Part shown: positions 52,173 to 64,000 of the stretch, in pieces
How positions within the stretch are numbered: position 1 is the first letter of the stretch
Layout of the letters: each line of letters begins with the position of its first letter
DNA from: Stegostoma tigrinum
Lineage: Eukaryota
Reading direction: 5' to 3'
DNA: 64,000 nt
Assembly: GCF_030684315.1 (NCBI RefSeq)
Contig: NC_081396.1
Location: 5,146,001-5,210,000 of the forward strand
The notes under the pieces: model-generated
What the model was told of the DNA's origin: nothing
Seen by the model: the letters and a program-made list of their open reading frames with translations, nothing else
Databases searched by the model: none
Made by a program: the position numbers and the translations under genes

Positions 52173-53505
52173 TCCATTGACTTTCTGGTTGCCACTTAAT
52201 GCTCTCATATTGCATTTGTGAGTTGTGTAGAGTAGGGAGGCTCAAATCAATCATTAATCGATGGAAACAATGTGCAATATGCATCTCTATTCATGAAGGG
52301 TACAGGAAACATTTGCTAAAATGAGCAAAAGAGTTTAGTCTTAAGTTTTTTCCCCTTCTACTGGGAGATTAACAAATCATTGAGTCAACAGGCTGTCTGT
52401 TTGATCAGGTCACACCAGTAAAAGGGCAAATATCAAACTCTTGCCTCATTCCTGTGACGGAAATTAAGTGGAAGCTTCCACTGACATAACAAGGCCCTTC
52501 CCAATATCGTGTACATCAAACTAATTCAGCATGAAACTCACATCAGGTTCGTAGGGTTGCTCATGGGACGTGGGTGGGGTTGGGGGATTTAGGCCCTAAC
52601 GTGGATTTCACCCTTTTCAAAATCATTCCAGCCCCGTCCTCATCCCATGACAAACCCTTCCTCTCATCCAGCCTCTTTGGCTTCATCCAACCAGTCCAGC
52701 TTCTCTCCTACCAATTCACTCCGCCTAACTCACTGACCAATCCCCAGCACTTCCTACCTGCACTCATTTATCACTATCCCATCTCCCTTTTCCAGGACCC
52801 CTACTCTTCTCTCTATTCATTTCTGACCTCCCTTCACCACTCCCATTTCTGAAGAATCGTTCCAACCCCAAAGACAACTTTGATGCTGCTGACCTGCTCT
52901 GTTCCTAAAGCTCCACACTGTGTACTCCATTACTCCATTACCTGCAGTTCTAACTATCTCTGGCACATCCAATGGGGTTACTGTCCGTCAACATATTCTG
53001 AAAATGACTGTTACAGAGAAAAGCGGAACTAACTGTTAAATATTTCAGTCATGAGTGTTTTTCAAAGCAATATATGTGCAGATATTCAATCGAAATCCAA
53101 CGAGTAAACAGAGCAGAATCTTATTTTACTCTCTAAAATGACCCCACGAATTCTTCCAAGGTATATTCAAACTGTAAACATTCCCCTTTCATTTCTTCGT
53201 TATCCTGGAATTATTCAATGTTTCAGATTTTCCGTTTCCCTATTTCCGTTTGAGGGTAATTCTTGAATCATTTCTTTTCATCGTCTATTCTGTCATGTGA
53301 TCGTGATCAGAACACGTGCTTTTACTTAATCCCAAAAAAACAGTTGCCGACCTCTTCAGGCTGTGTTTTCTTTTTTTAAAATTAGAGGGGAGACATATTG
53401 AATAGCTCCATATTGAACAAAATGACTTATTAACAGAGTTGTTCATATGTTGATACAGATGTAATGCTCGTAACAAACGTCTATTTTTAATCTCTTATAT
53501 TCCAG

Positions 53506-53812
53506 TTCTCTAACGTCCAGGAGTCGACCTTTACAACCTTTGCTGCTGGTGACCATGTTATTTGAAGCTAAGAATACAAAGGGTTCTGTCAGTATGCAGT
53601 TTATTGGTACAGTCCATCCCCAAGACAGGCTCTGAAATATATCTACGTCAAAAACACACTTCACAAACAAGAATAAAAGAAGAAACACTGCCCTGTAAAG
53701 ACTTGCAGCTTCCATTGATCCTGCTGTGAAAACCAACCAGTTTAAGATCTGTAAAATACAACTGAGAAACCCCTTTGTTTATTACTGTGTACTGAGTCGG
53801 CATATCAGCACA
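53506..53812 (+). pseudogene. V pseudogene resembling the NAR-TCR supporting V-delta (CDR1 cysteine, no leader found)
   Basis: After TTCCAG acceptor: QESTFTTFAAGDHVI*S*EYKGFCQYAVYWYSPSPRQALKY../..ASIDPAVKTNQFKICKIQLRNPFVYYCVLSR; stops and frameshifts. Confidence 0.75.
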
Positions 53813-54100
53813 CATAGTGAGACAGAGGATAGGGAGAACTCTGCAAAAACTCAAACACGATGGGATGACAGATACAGTGATATAGATCCCGGAGAGATCT
53901 GTGAAAAACTCGAACATGTTGAGGATTCTCTAAACAATGATGTAGAGCCCAGAGAAAACTGCCCAAGAAACTGAATATCTTGAAATCACTGGCACCGTGA
54001 TACAGAGCCCTGAGAGAGCTGTTCAAAAAAAAACTTGAAGATTGTGAGGAAGAAAAGGATACGCATTGATAGACAGCAAAGATTGAGCTGTACAAAACTT
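53813..54100 (+). repeat. Tandem array of five 23-RSS-like units
   Basis: Heptamer-like at 53813, 53873, 53933, 53993, 54062, each followed 23 nt later by an A-rich nonamer-like motif. Confidence 0.8.
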
Positions 54101-56649
54101 GACTATAAAGTTTTGTGGAAGAGGCCTCTGGGGCACCAGCGAACTGAATCTGCAAGGCCTTGTTTTCTTTCCTGTTTTTGCTTGTTCACATTTGATCGCT
54201 GAAACACGTTCGTCTTAGGATCAATACTGTATTCGTGATACTTATCAAAACTTGCATCTTACCAAATGATTATTTTAACATCATTCAGTGCACAATATAG
54301 TCTGGTGTATTTTACATAGGTGTATGCGGATTCAACAATAGCTTTCCAAATTTAATTTTGAAAAAAATAATGAACAACTCAAGTACGCGCATTTATGGGG
54401 GAGCAGCAAAGATACCAAAAATAATTAGATGACTCCTAGCCGGAGTGGAAACTTGTACAAATAAAATTTCTTCATTTTGCCCGATTCTATGATAAGATAT
54501 TTCTATTTCTGTTTTCCTTGTGGAAAGAAAAAAACATAAAGAAGCCTTCGAACAGCAATAAAGCAATTACTTCCCAAGAGGTACTTCTGTGAGTTCACCG
54601 AACTATGTACAATCAATACCCCCAAGAAATTCCAATAGGAATCATAGATTTAGTGAAAACTTTTGTCACGAAAAATAGACTTTGTCAGTTTAATACATCA
54701 CGGGAGCTTCTGCTTGACTTTCGTTCTGTTTGACTCTTACTGTCTAACAACGGGGTCAAACTTTTCTTCAAGTTTCCATTCGTTTTAGTTTTAATATGAA
54801 ATTTGATGTCATTTCTGCATCTATGGTGTGATTATCATGACAACGTGTCTTAAAGGCTCGCAACTGTCAATTGGTTTTCATTTGCGCAGGTTTGGCTGCG
54901 GTTTTCCTGTTACTCACTGGAAATTCCCTCTTCCACATCTCTGACAATTTCAATTCCTTGCAAACCATCGGCTGATTCTCTCCTGTGTTCACTGAGAGCA
55001 TCTTTGTTTGGGTTTTACATTAAGAACAATCTTCAGGTTCGGGGCAAGCTATTTAACCCATAACTAGAAAGCATGTGATTCTCCCCCACTCGAGCCAATC
55101 CCCGATTCACCCACGCTGAACTATTGCCTCATGGAACCCATGTCTTTCTACTCCTTTATCCACCCTATGTTTATCTTCACGACTCAGTCCGCATCTCAAT
55201 GGGATCCACGTGTCGTGCACATTTGTGCAGAAATATTCTTCCTCATATGTTTTATTCTGCGATTGGCAGCTCTTGGTTGTAGACCCATCCTCAAAACAAA
55301 GTGGCTCCACATCCAACACGTTGAACACACTCATAATTTAAATGATTTCCATGTATTTACCTTCTGCTTCCATATTACCATGAGAAATGAAGTCCGGCCA
55401 GCTCAAACGGTTCAAATTGGTGTAATCTGCAGCTGATCACCTTTATTTCAGGAGTTTAGGAAGGCACAGTTGAAATGATACGAACAGAAGAATTACAAAG
55501 ACAGGAGGTCAGTCGAAGTTCCGAACCTGTTCCACCATTCAATATGATCATGAATAATCATCTACCTTCATGTAACCATCCAGCAATATAACAAAAATAG
55601 CTGATTCAGTTGTTGTACGAAAAAAAGACAAGCTGCTGACTACCCACAGCCTCTGCCCTGTAAGACAACTTGACCATTAATTATGCTTGAAAAACAACAC
55701 CTCTCAATATTCCAAACTCATCCCTGACTGGAAATCCATATAAATATCCACAGCCCTTTCACTTAAATACAAACTTTCAATACCTTGCCTACATGTTGAA
55801 GTTTTCATGTTTCTTTCTTAGTGTGGAAAGATTGTAAAATAATGGTTTGTATAAAGGCAATTGGAATTAATACCAACTGCAATGTATCTGCAATAGGTAC
55901 CATTTGCCTGAAGCATTTTTTTTGGCCTGAATAGCAATGTATCACAACCCCTTTCTTTCCTCCAAGTAGTGCTGTGTTGGTTTCAGATATTTTGTAATTA
56001 ATCTGTTCAAAGATGCTATTACATGCCTCTGGATCAGGAGTGACTTGAACCCGGGCTTCCAAATGCAGATATAGGGACACTACTGTTGTGTCACATGAAC
56101 TGTTTCTATTTGGATCAGTTTGTAGGTTACGAATTCACATCACTTGCTTTCAGTTGAGATCGACTGTACAGCAGAGAGTGATAAAGAGAGCATGCAAGAA
56201 TGATAGAGGACAATGAAGAGAGAAATATTTCATGACATAAGTGGGATCACAGAATTTCTTCACCAACAGAATGATGTATTGGATGAAGTGAAGAAGTTAA
56301 ATGAACCCACTTGACAGTTGACAGTCTGTTTTGGAGTTCTGATATTCATAATATCTGCTCACATATTCAGCCCGGCACCGCTTTTATCCAAACAGAAAAT
56401 TATATTCCCAGACCTTATTTATAAAGCTGTTGCATTTCCTGTTTAGCTGCTTGAGGTGACACTGAAGGCAACAAAAACTGACAATGAACACTAACTGGAA
56501 ATTGTACAACACGTGGGTTGCAGCATCACATTCCCTCTGTGGCAGTCACAGCAGTCCAGAATCCACCAAAAACAAAAAAACATTATATTTCCTTAAATAC
56601 TGCATTGCTTCAAGTCAGTCACAAGTTCCCTCGTTTCATTGTGTTGGAA

Positions 56650-58380
56650 GTAGTGACTGCCTCTGCAAATGATGCCCAAGATACGAGATGGTCTGTCCTA
56701 GATGATGTCGAACTTCTTGAATGCTGGTGGGCCTGCACTCATCTAGGCAAGTCGGCAGTTTTGCGCCATTGTTTTCAACTGTGTATTATAGATAATGGAC
56801 ACATTTCGTGGGAGCGGGGTGGTCAGCCTATCAGTTATTCAGTACCTTTGCCTGGCCTCTGTTTTAGATTAACTTTCATTTCTCGTCAATGTTCTCTTTT
56901 AGCTGCAGCATTAATCTTGCTAGTCAAATTCAGATTCGTCCATTCATTGCCATCAGAATTTTGATAATTAGGAATTCAGTAATGCTAATGATGATGAACT
57001 TTAAGGGACGATAATTAGATTACATATTTTGGAACAGATTTGCACTGTATCATGCATGGTGGCACGGATGTTCTTTGTCATCGAATACAGCTGGATACAC
57101 AATTGTAAGGTACAACATTTGTTAGCATTGCTCTATGCACATAACGCAGGACAAATCCAATCCCAAAAACTTCCTGATCCGTGTTCTCTCACAGTGATGG
57201 AAGGCATCGTTAACAGAGCTAAAAACAAGAACAGGGAAAATAACAACCTGCTAACTGATCTGAAATTTGGGCTATGCCATTTCAACTCAGCTTGACTGCT
57301 TTACAGTCTTGGTCTAAATAAGAATAAAAGAGCTAGACTCCAGAGGTCAATTGACATCAAATGACATTTAACCAAGCAAAATATAATAAGACTTACTTAA
57401 TCTGCAATAGTTACAGTGATATGTCGCAGAAATAAATACAATACTGGATTGCTAAGGCCAATCATCTCAGGGGCAGGAAATCACCACAGGCTTTCATTGG
57501 GTCAGTCTTCAATGTCAAGACCTGGTTTTCTGCTTCTTCAAGGATCTTCACTCCATTACATTGTTAGAAGTGTGGATGGTCGTCGATGATTACACAATGT
57601 CCAGCATTCAATATTGACCACCTGGTTAAGAATGCAGGGAATCTTGTCTGCAGCAAGATATGGATGTCATTCAGGTTTGCAATATTAAGTGAAAATAGCA
57701 TGCGTACTGCACAAGTTTCTGGATGTGATTCTCGCTAATGAGAGGGAATTTAAATATCGCCTCTTTATAACCAATGATTTCCATAGCTGAATCCATGACT
57801 ATCCATATCCCGGGTTAACATTTACAAGATATTTTAATAGACTGGCTAAATGAATACCATGGCAAAAAGACCATGCCATGACACTTGTAATTATGTGGGG
57901 ATATACTCCTTTGTTTTCCTCAAAATTTCCACATATCCATCATCGTTTACAAGGAAAAAGTCAATAATACGATGGAAAACATCCGACTTGAATGATGAGT
58001 CCAGTTCCAGCAGGAATCACGAAGCTTGACGCTGTCAAATATGATGAATCTATGTGTTTGTTTCCTAATTACTATCGTTGATATTCATTAAAATCCCCAC
58101 TGATGCACTTTAGGTGCAGAGTCGTCCATGTACAAAATGAAAACCACAAAGATTCCTCGCACAGCACCTTCCACTTCTGCTAACTCCACTATTTAGAAGG
58201 ACTCGATCAGCTACACATATGAACAAGAACACATCTAATTTCTCCTCCAAATCACAGGTAATCCTGAATTCAAACCTTTGAGGTTTCTTCACTATTGCTT
58301 GACCAGAAAAGATGAAACTCTGCTCCTTACTGCTCTTCAGATGCTCTGTGAACTTCATCAGTTCCAGAAGGGAGTTCACC
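56650..58380. mobile_element. Old LINE (CR1/L2-group) RT remnants in both orientations
   Basis: Decayed QG..IG..FN and (F)VDDYT RT motifs near 57490-57600; inverted related piece ~56650-57060. Confidence 0.45.
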
Positions 58381-59361
58381 CTCCCACTTTCTCTTCAGAA
58401 GTAATTGCTGGCCAAACCAGTAACGACTGCAACCCCTGAAAGAACAGCAAACATTAAAAACAAAAGCAAAGTTTCACGAAAACTCAGCAGGTCTGGCAAC
58501 GTCTGTAAAGGTAACAAAGAAAAAACCGAATTAATGTTTCGGGTGCAGTGATCCTTCCTCAGAAACGTTTACTCTATCTTATACATCACAGACGCTGTCA
58601 GACCTGCTGAACTTGTCCTGAGCTTTGGTTGCTGACTTATCGCATCCATACTTCTTTCGGGTTTAATTTAGTGAAAAATGAAAACATTGTTACATAATTA
58701 TTGATTATTCACTTGACTTTGTCTTCTTAATATGGCATCGAAAGTTATACTTCGTTAAATTACTAGCTTCTGCCCCTCTTTACATGACACGAGCACGTTC
58801 TCTGACTACATTTTGTATCCTGTCATTATCATTGTGAGGCTAACCCCTGTAACTTTAATTTATGTGTGTTTAATATGAATGGTGTGGGAATGTCCTCTAT
58901 TGTATCAATGAAACTTCTGTTATGTAAGTATATTAACAGAATGTGATCACCACGGTCATCATCATCCTCACTTCCTCTATTGCAATCACATTGTTTTTCA
59001 TCTGTCCTCATAGTCAACGATATTCCTTCATTATGTCACAGAAGCAAAATCCCTCAGGGTAAGCACAAAGTTGATTTACCAAAGTATAAGCATACCATGT
59101 TCAAAGCTGCAAGGATCAACATACGACATCGAAAGACTCGACAGTCGCCTCACAAGATCTTCCCAATGTTTTAGTATCTGATAAGTAGAAAGTGACAATA
59201 GAATCTGTTTGCTCAAAGAACTCGAAATATCTGGGGAATCTAATTAGCTCCCTGTAGATTTTGTGCAAGCATAAATTGGCACATCTCTGAACCTGTCTCA
59301 GACATTCTCTGAGACTGACAATCAATAACAGAATCGCTTCATATATATAATAAAAAAGAAC

Positions 59362-61380
59362 ATGCACGGGAGAATAACTGGTCTAGTTTATGCAATTTAT
59401 TATCCAATTCTTGCTGGCACCGGAATCTCAGGTGAGTCATTGTACTGAATATTTAATTGTGGAAATCACTGTTTTATGAAGCTGGTGCAATCAATTACAA
59501 TTTAAAATACATCATAATAATCCAGAAATATCTGCGGCAGTGAGATTTAGTCAGGAAAATTTCAACACCTATTCTACTAATTAAAACGTTTTAAAATTGG
59601 GTATGATAATAACCCATCACTAATGGAAATAAACATTGGATATTTGGCCAGATATTCAAAATTTTGCTCAGGAAAAATGTATGTGCTATTATTGACCTTC
59701 AAAGAAATGCAAACATGTGGTTTAGTTGCTAGATTGTTTTTCAGAGGGATTTCACATGAGTTCAAATTGGACAAATATCAGTTGTTTTTTTTATCAAATA
59801 AATAACTCTGCAATTAAAACCTCATATCAGTATCAATGGTAATCTTGAATTATAGATTGACTCAAAATAAAACTCCACCTGGAAATCTACTTCAATCTCC
59901 TTCAGTATACGCTCTGGTAGTTGAATCTTCATGACCTCCTGACTTAAGTTTAAAAAAGAAATTGGTTCACCACCATTTTCTGATGGGCAAAATATTGTGA
60001 ACCAAAATAAGTTTGTCCTTCAATGTTGACCATATCCCACATATGAATAAATCAAAGGTACTTTTGGGTGAATGGCACCAAGAATGTGAAAGCAACTGAA
60101 CAGATGAATCAATGCTCATGAGCCTTGAATGTGACTTGATTCCAGTATTACCATGTGGTTTTTAAATTATGATTGTAGGTTTCCTGAAGAAAACATGACA
60201 CACCAAGCCTGTTAGATTTGGATAAAATATGCATTTTAAATTATGTGTGTCGGCTTTGGAATTTACCTTATAATATGCATCAGAATCATATGACATTTAT
60301 ATTAAAGGTAAAACATAAATGAAAATCGGCACTTTTATGAGCATGATGAAGTTGCCACTGGAATTGCAAAAAAAAAGCTTCAGTTTCCTTCCAGAAACGA
60401 TGCCAAATACTAATATTTTACAGATTAATGCGTCTGGTAAATACCTTACTTTTGCCTTGCTCATTTTAGTAAATTTGTTGGCGATCGTGATCTTCTCCCG
60501 AGCAAGATGTGGTCTCTCTGGATGCGTCACTCGGTATCTGGTGTCCATGGCAGTGGCGGATCTACTGGTAGTTATTAGTGCTGTCATATTCAATCGGATT
60601 ACTGGCATTTATTTCCCAGTTAGTTTTATGTCTTTGACTCCAGCCTGTACTATCAGTACTGTGATCATCTATGCAGCCACAGAAAGTTCTGTCTGGTTAA
60701 CTGTTGCTTTCACCGTTGATCGATCTATCGCCATTTGTTGCCAGAATCTGAAAGCACAATTTTGCACAGAGAGATCAGCGGCTGTGGTCATAGGATTAGT
60801 CAGTTTGTTGAGCTGCTTAAAAAGTATTCCATGGTACTTTATGTATGAACCACTTTACAGAATTAACAACGTGCCATGGTTTTGTAATGTAAAATCAAGT
60901 TTCTATACTTCACTAGCATGGACAGCCTATGACTGGTTTGCACGTGTTTTAAATCCGGGCCTGCCTTTCCTCCTGATTTTCCTGCTCAATGCTCTGACTG
61001 TTAAACACATCCTTGCAGCCAGTAAAGCCCGCAGGCGCGTACGGGCTAACAGTAGCAGTAGAGAAAATCAGAGTGACCCAGAGATGGAGAGCCGGAGAAA
61101 GTCCATTGTATTACTTTTCACCATCTCAGGAAGTTTCATTCTCTTGTGGATGACGTATGTGGTAAATTTCCTCTATGTGAAAATTAAAACGGAATCTTAT
61201 TTCTCAGGGTCCAATTTCAATGATCCAAGATTCATTCGGCAAGAAAGTGGAAACATGCTTCAGCTCTTGAGCTGTTGCACCAACACTTGTATTTATGCTG
61301 TGACTCAGAGAAAATTCAGAGAGGAAATGAGGAATGTAGCAAATTATGTTTGGAAACGAATTTTTAAAACAATACATTAG
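59362..61380 (+). CDS. GPR139/142-like class A GPCR, 326 aa; exon 1 59362-59431, exon 2 60470-61380
   Basis: Exon 1 MHGRITGLVYAIYYPILAGTGIS + GTGAGT, phase-1 join to VNLLAIVIF; SMAVADL, FTVDRS, PFLLIFLLN, NTCIY. Confidence 0.9.
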
Positions 61381-62506
61381 AAAAGCTATTGGTGTTTCTT
61401 TCACGTATGTGTGGAATTGTACTTTGTTGTTATTATATTCTTAACCCTGTTGACGCAGGTTAAATGATGCTTGGAAGGTGACGAGAAACATCGTGCCAGG
61501 TTTTTCATTCCTTTTCACTGATGTGGCAAGAACAAACACAAAATCGATGGGGGTAAATCACGGCTAGTTTGTGTTTGGAGGTTTGTGCAATAAGCCTTTC
61601 AATTCTGTTCCCATCCATCATTTGATGTGCTCTTTTAATAGAGTGACAGAAAAGAGCAGAATATGATTTGGTTCATCCAGCCTTGTGACAAGAAAATGAC
61701 CCATCTTATTTTACAATCTATGAGTTTCTGTCTCGGACATCCTGAACAAATGGAATGGCTACAGTTTACTGATGTGGAAATTCACAGAGTCAAATTTTTG
61801 CCTGAACAAATTTCACTCCATGTGAACACAAATTTTTATTTTCCTGTAACTGTGATACTTATTTGCAGAACTTGCAGGCAGGAAGTCAGCCTCCTAGTGT
61901 CTATGTTGCAAAGCATGACAGAATGTTTGTACATGTATTTGAGAAAACTGCCAACTTTTTGAAAGTTCCGAAACTGCAAGCTCGTTCAACCTCATATGCA
62001 CCTTGATTCTGTGGGCACCACATTTGCTTTACAACGCTTTTTACCCATGTCAAAATTCATTATTCGAAAGAGAATTTAATTTGATCTGCTACAATTGTCT
62101 CCAGTTGTCAGTGGTCAGATAGTTGAATTCAGTCCATCTGGCACTTAAAAAGTGAACACAAAATACAGTGAAGTCTAATACATGTGTTACTGTCCTCTGC
62201 TGCAGAACCTGCTATGGCTCAAATGAATGTGACACAGTAAAATTAACACTTGCTTTTGATATAAAGCAGTGAATATGCACAGGTACCTCATGCCAACAGA
62301 AAGAGTGAAATATGAAGCTGTCCAAATATTACCCATTTGTTCCCTTATCTTTCAAGAGTTAAAATACAGAATGATTGTAGAATGATCCATGAAGTGACAT
62401 TTATTGCTTTCCAACCTGCTTCCCCATTCTCAGCTAAGGTCTTGCCGAAATCATCTAATTTTAAATTTACTGGTGTTTTGTCAGACAGGTGTGAAAAAAA
62501 ATCACA

Positions 62507-62531
62507 GAGAGAGAGAGAGAGAGAGAGAGAG
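62507..62531. repeat. (GA)n microsatellite
   Basis: Directly visible. Confidence 0.9.
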
Positions 62532-64000
62532 AACGGCCCACAGTAGAAGTGATTGCTCTCAAGACAATGCAATCTTTGCTCCCATGTGACAGCAAACTTC
62601 AGTGGAGGGCAGGAGGCAAGTAATCTGGTGGTATGAATCGCACGAGCCACCAAGTAGGATTACCCTTCTGTTATTTTCAGTCGATTAACTTAGCTCCCAG
62701 AATGTCACTGCAACAGGCTTCAGGTTGTTGTGTTCGTGCCACATACCGTCAACTGGTTGACGCATTATAATTTAAGTGGGAAAGTTAAAGATAATCATCC
62801 AACCTTTAGCCCTTAAATGACAAATCTTCCCTGCATCATGTAAATGCGAGATGATTACGATTTTTCACCGAGCAATTTCCCTGTTGACATCCACGGGCAG
62901 TTTAATCACTGGCATCCCACAATCTGTATGCTGGAGGTTATCTTTGACAAAAGATTAAAGTGAATTATGCACGTGAATGCAAAGTCGTCTCGGCCAAAGC
63001 AAAGGTTGCGCTGATACCACAAATGTTTTCAAACCACTTACGACTGACTAGTCCGGAATGTGTAGGTATACTTCCTACCATCGTCAATCGTGCAGGCCTA
63101 ACTTAAATTCTATATCATCCATGACAAACCTATCCAACTATTTATTACCCATTTACTTCCCTCCAGTCTCTGGCAACTTGAACATAATAGGCACCATTGA
63201 CAGATTGAAGTTGAACATTCTTTCAAAGCTTCTTCACCAGCTCCTTCCAAACACAACAGTTTTGAAGGGAAATGGCAGGAATAGCATGGGAGAAGCAGAA
63301 CATGAATGTGTTTTCTGCAAGGCCACAATCAGTCTCGACATGAACACCAATCACCTTTCCTTCGTCACCACTGGCTCTAACTTCTGTAATTCAGCAATAA
63401 TGGGCTCTCGTTCTATCTACATCACACGAATTTTAATGCTTGAATGGGAAAGGACATAACTATTTTGTGGAGACCTGCAATAAGTTCGAAATAATTGTTG
63501 ACTTTCCAAATATGCTTAAATCCCCAGAGTGAAGAAATTCAATTTCCCCATACACTGTTTGACCGTCTGCTTCCTGTTCTTCTATACACCATTCTTCTGA
63601 AGAGATGATTCCTGTCTTCTATCGAAAAAATGCACACATTCTTCCTTTGATTCCTATTATTCTTGCCTCACACTTTAATGAATCACTGCAGTCCATGGTG
63701 TAGCTATATTGAAAATGATGTTAGGAGATGAGGTTGCAGAACTTTAACTCACCACGACCGAAGAAATGATTTTCATAACTCGAAGTCATGAAGGTAAAGG
63801 AGAACATGCACAAAACATTGCCTTGCGTTGGCTTCTCTCCACCATCTAGGCAGAACGTTGTGAGTTGAAAGGTACTGATGAAAAGACATCCCTGAGTTTT
63901 GACTAGACATGTTGTAGTTGGCAAAGTTTGTTGTTTTGTGGTATGGAGTGGCTCGGTGCGAGGTCTTAAATGTGATCGATCATGCACCCTTCGAGTACAG

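Noticed and set aside
53443-53736. Minus-strand ORF with signal-peptide-like MEAASLYRAVFLLLFLFVKC
   Set aside because: It is the antisense of the plus-strand V pseudogene and has no convincing splice donor
53813-54100. CRISPR-like repeat/spacer periodicity
   Set aside because: Eukaryotic context, no cas genes, and the repeats are degenerate and match RSS architecture
235-63987. Most 60-150 aa ORFs in the supplied track
   Set aside because: No recognisable domains; they overlap repeats, antisense strands of genes or AT-rich intergenic DNA

Overview
Vertebrate genomic DNA, almost certainly a cartilaginous fish (shark-type HE1/V-SINEs, CR1 LINEs and Penelope-like elements; species not determinable). 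It looks like the distal edge of a T-cell receptor alpha/delta V cluster. Positions ~2.4-30.4 kb are a head-to-tail duplication of a ~14 kb unit carrying four V segments (+,+,-,-). In both units the two plus-strand Vs are pseudogenes, and the two minus-strand Vs keep an intact leader, splice sites, ORF and RSS. From ~30 to 64 kb lie two intact two-exon GPR139/142-like GPCR genes (divergently oriented) plus GPCR relics, interleaved with further decayed V segments. The most unusual feature is at 53.5-54.1 kb. A leaderless V pseudogene with a CDR1 cysteine (GFCQY, resembling the NAR-TCR supporting V-delta) is followed by five tandem 23-spacer RSS-like units at 60/60/60/69-bp spacing, all multiples of 3. 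A VNAR-like short V relic and a weak J-like relic lie upstream of it. Also notable: a duplicated, otherwise intact V family lacking both Cys23 and Trp41, conserved 24-nt RSS spacers, convergent CTCF-like motifs in each duplicated unit, and ~600-bp Penelope-derived palindromes carrying hammerhead ribozyme cores. All calls were made by eye; family assignments and repeat boundaries need database confirmation.
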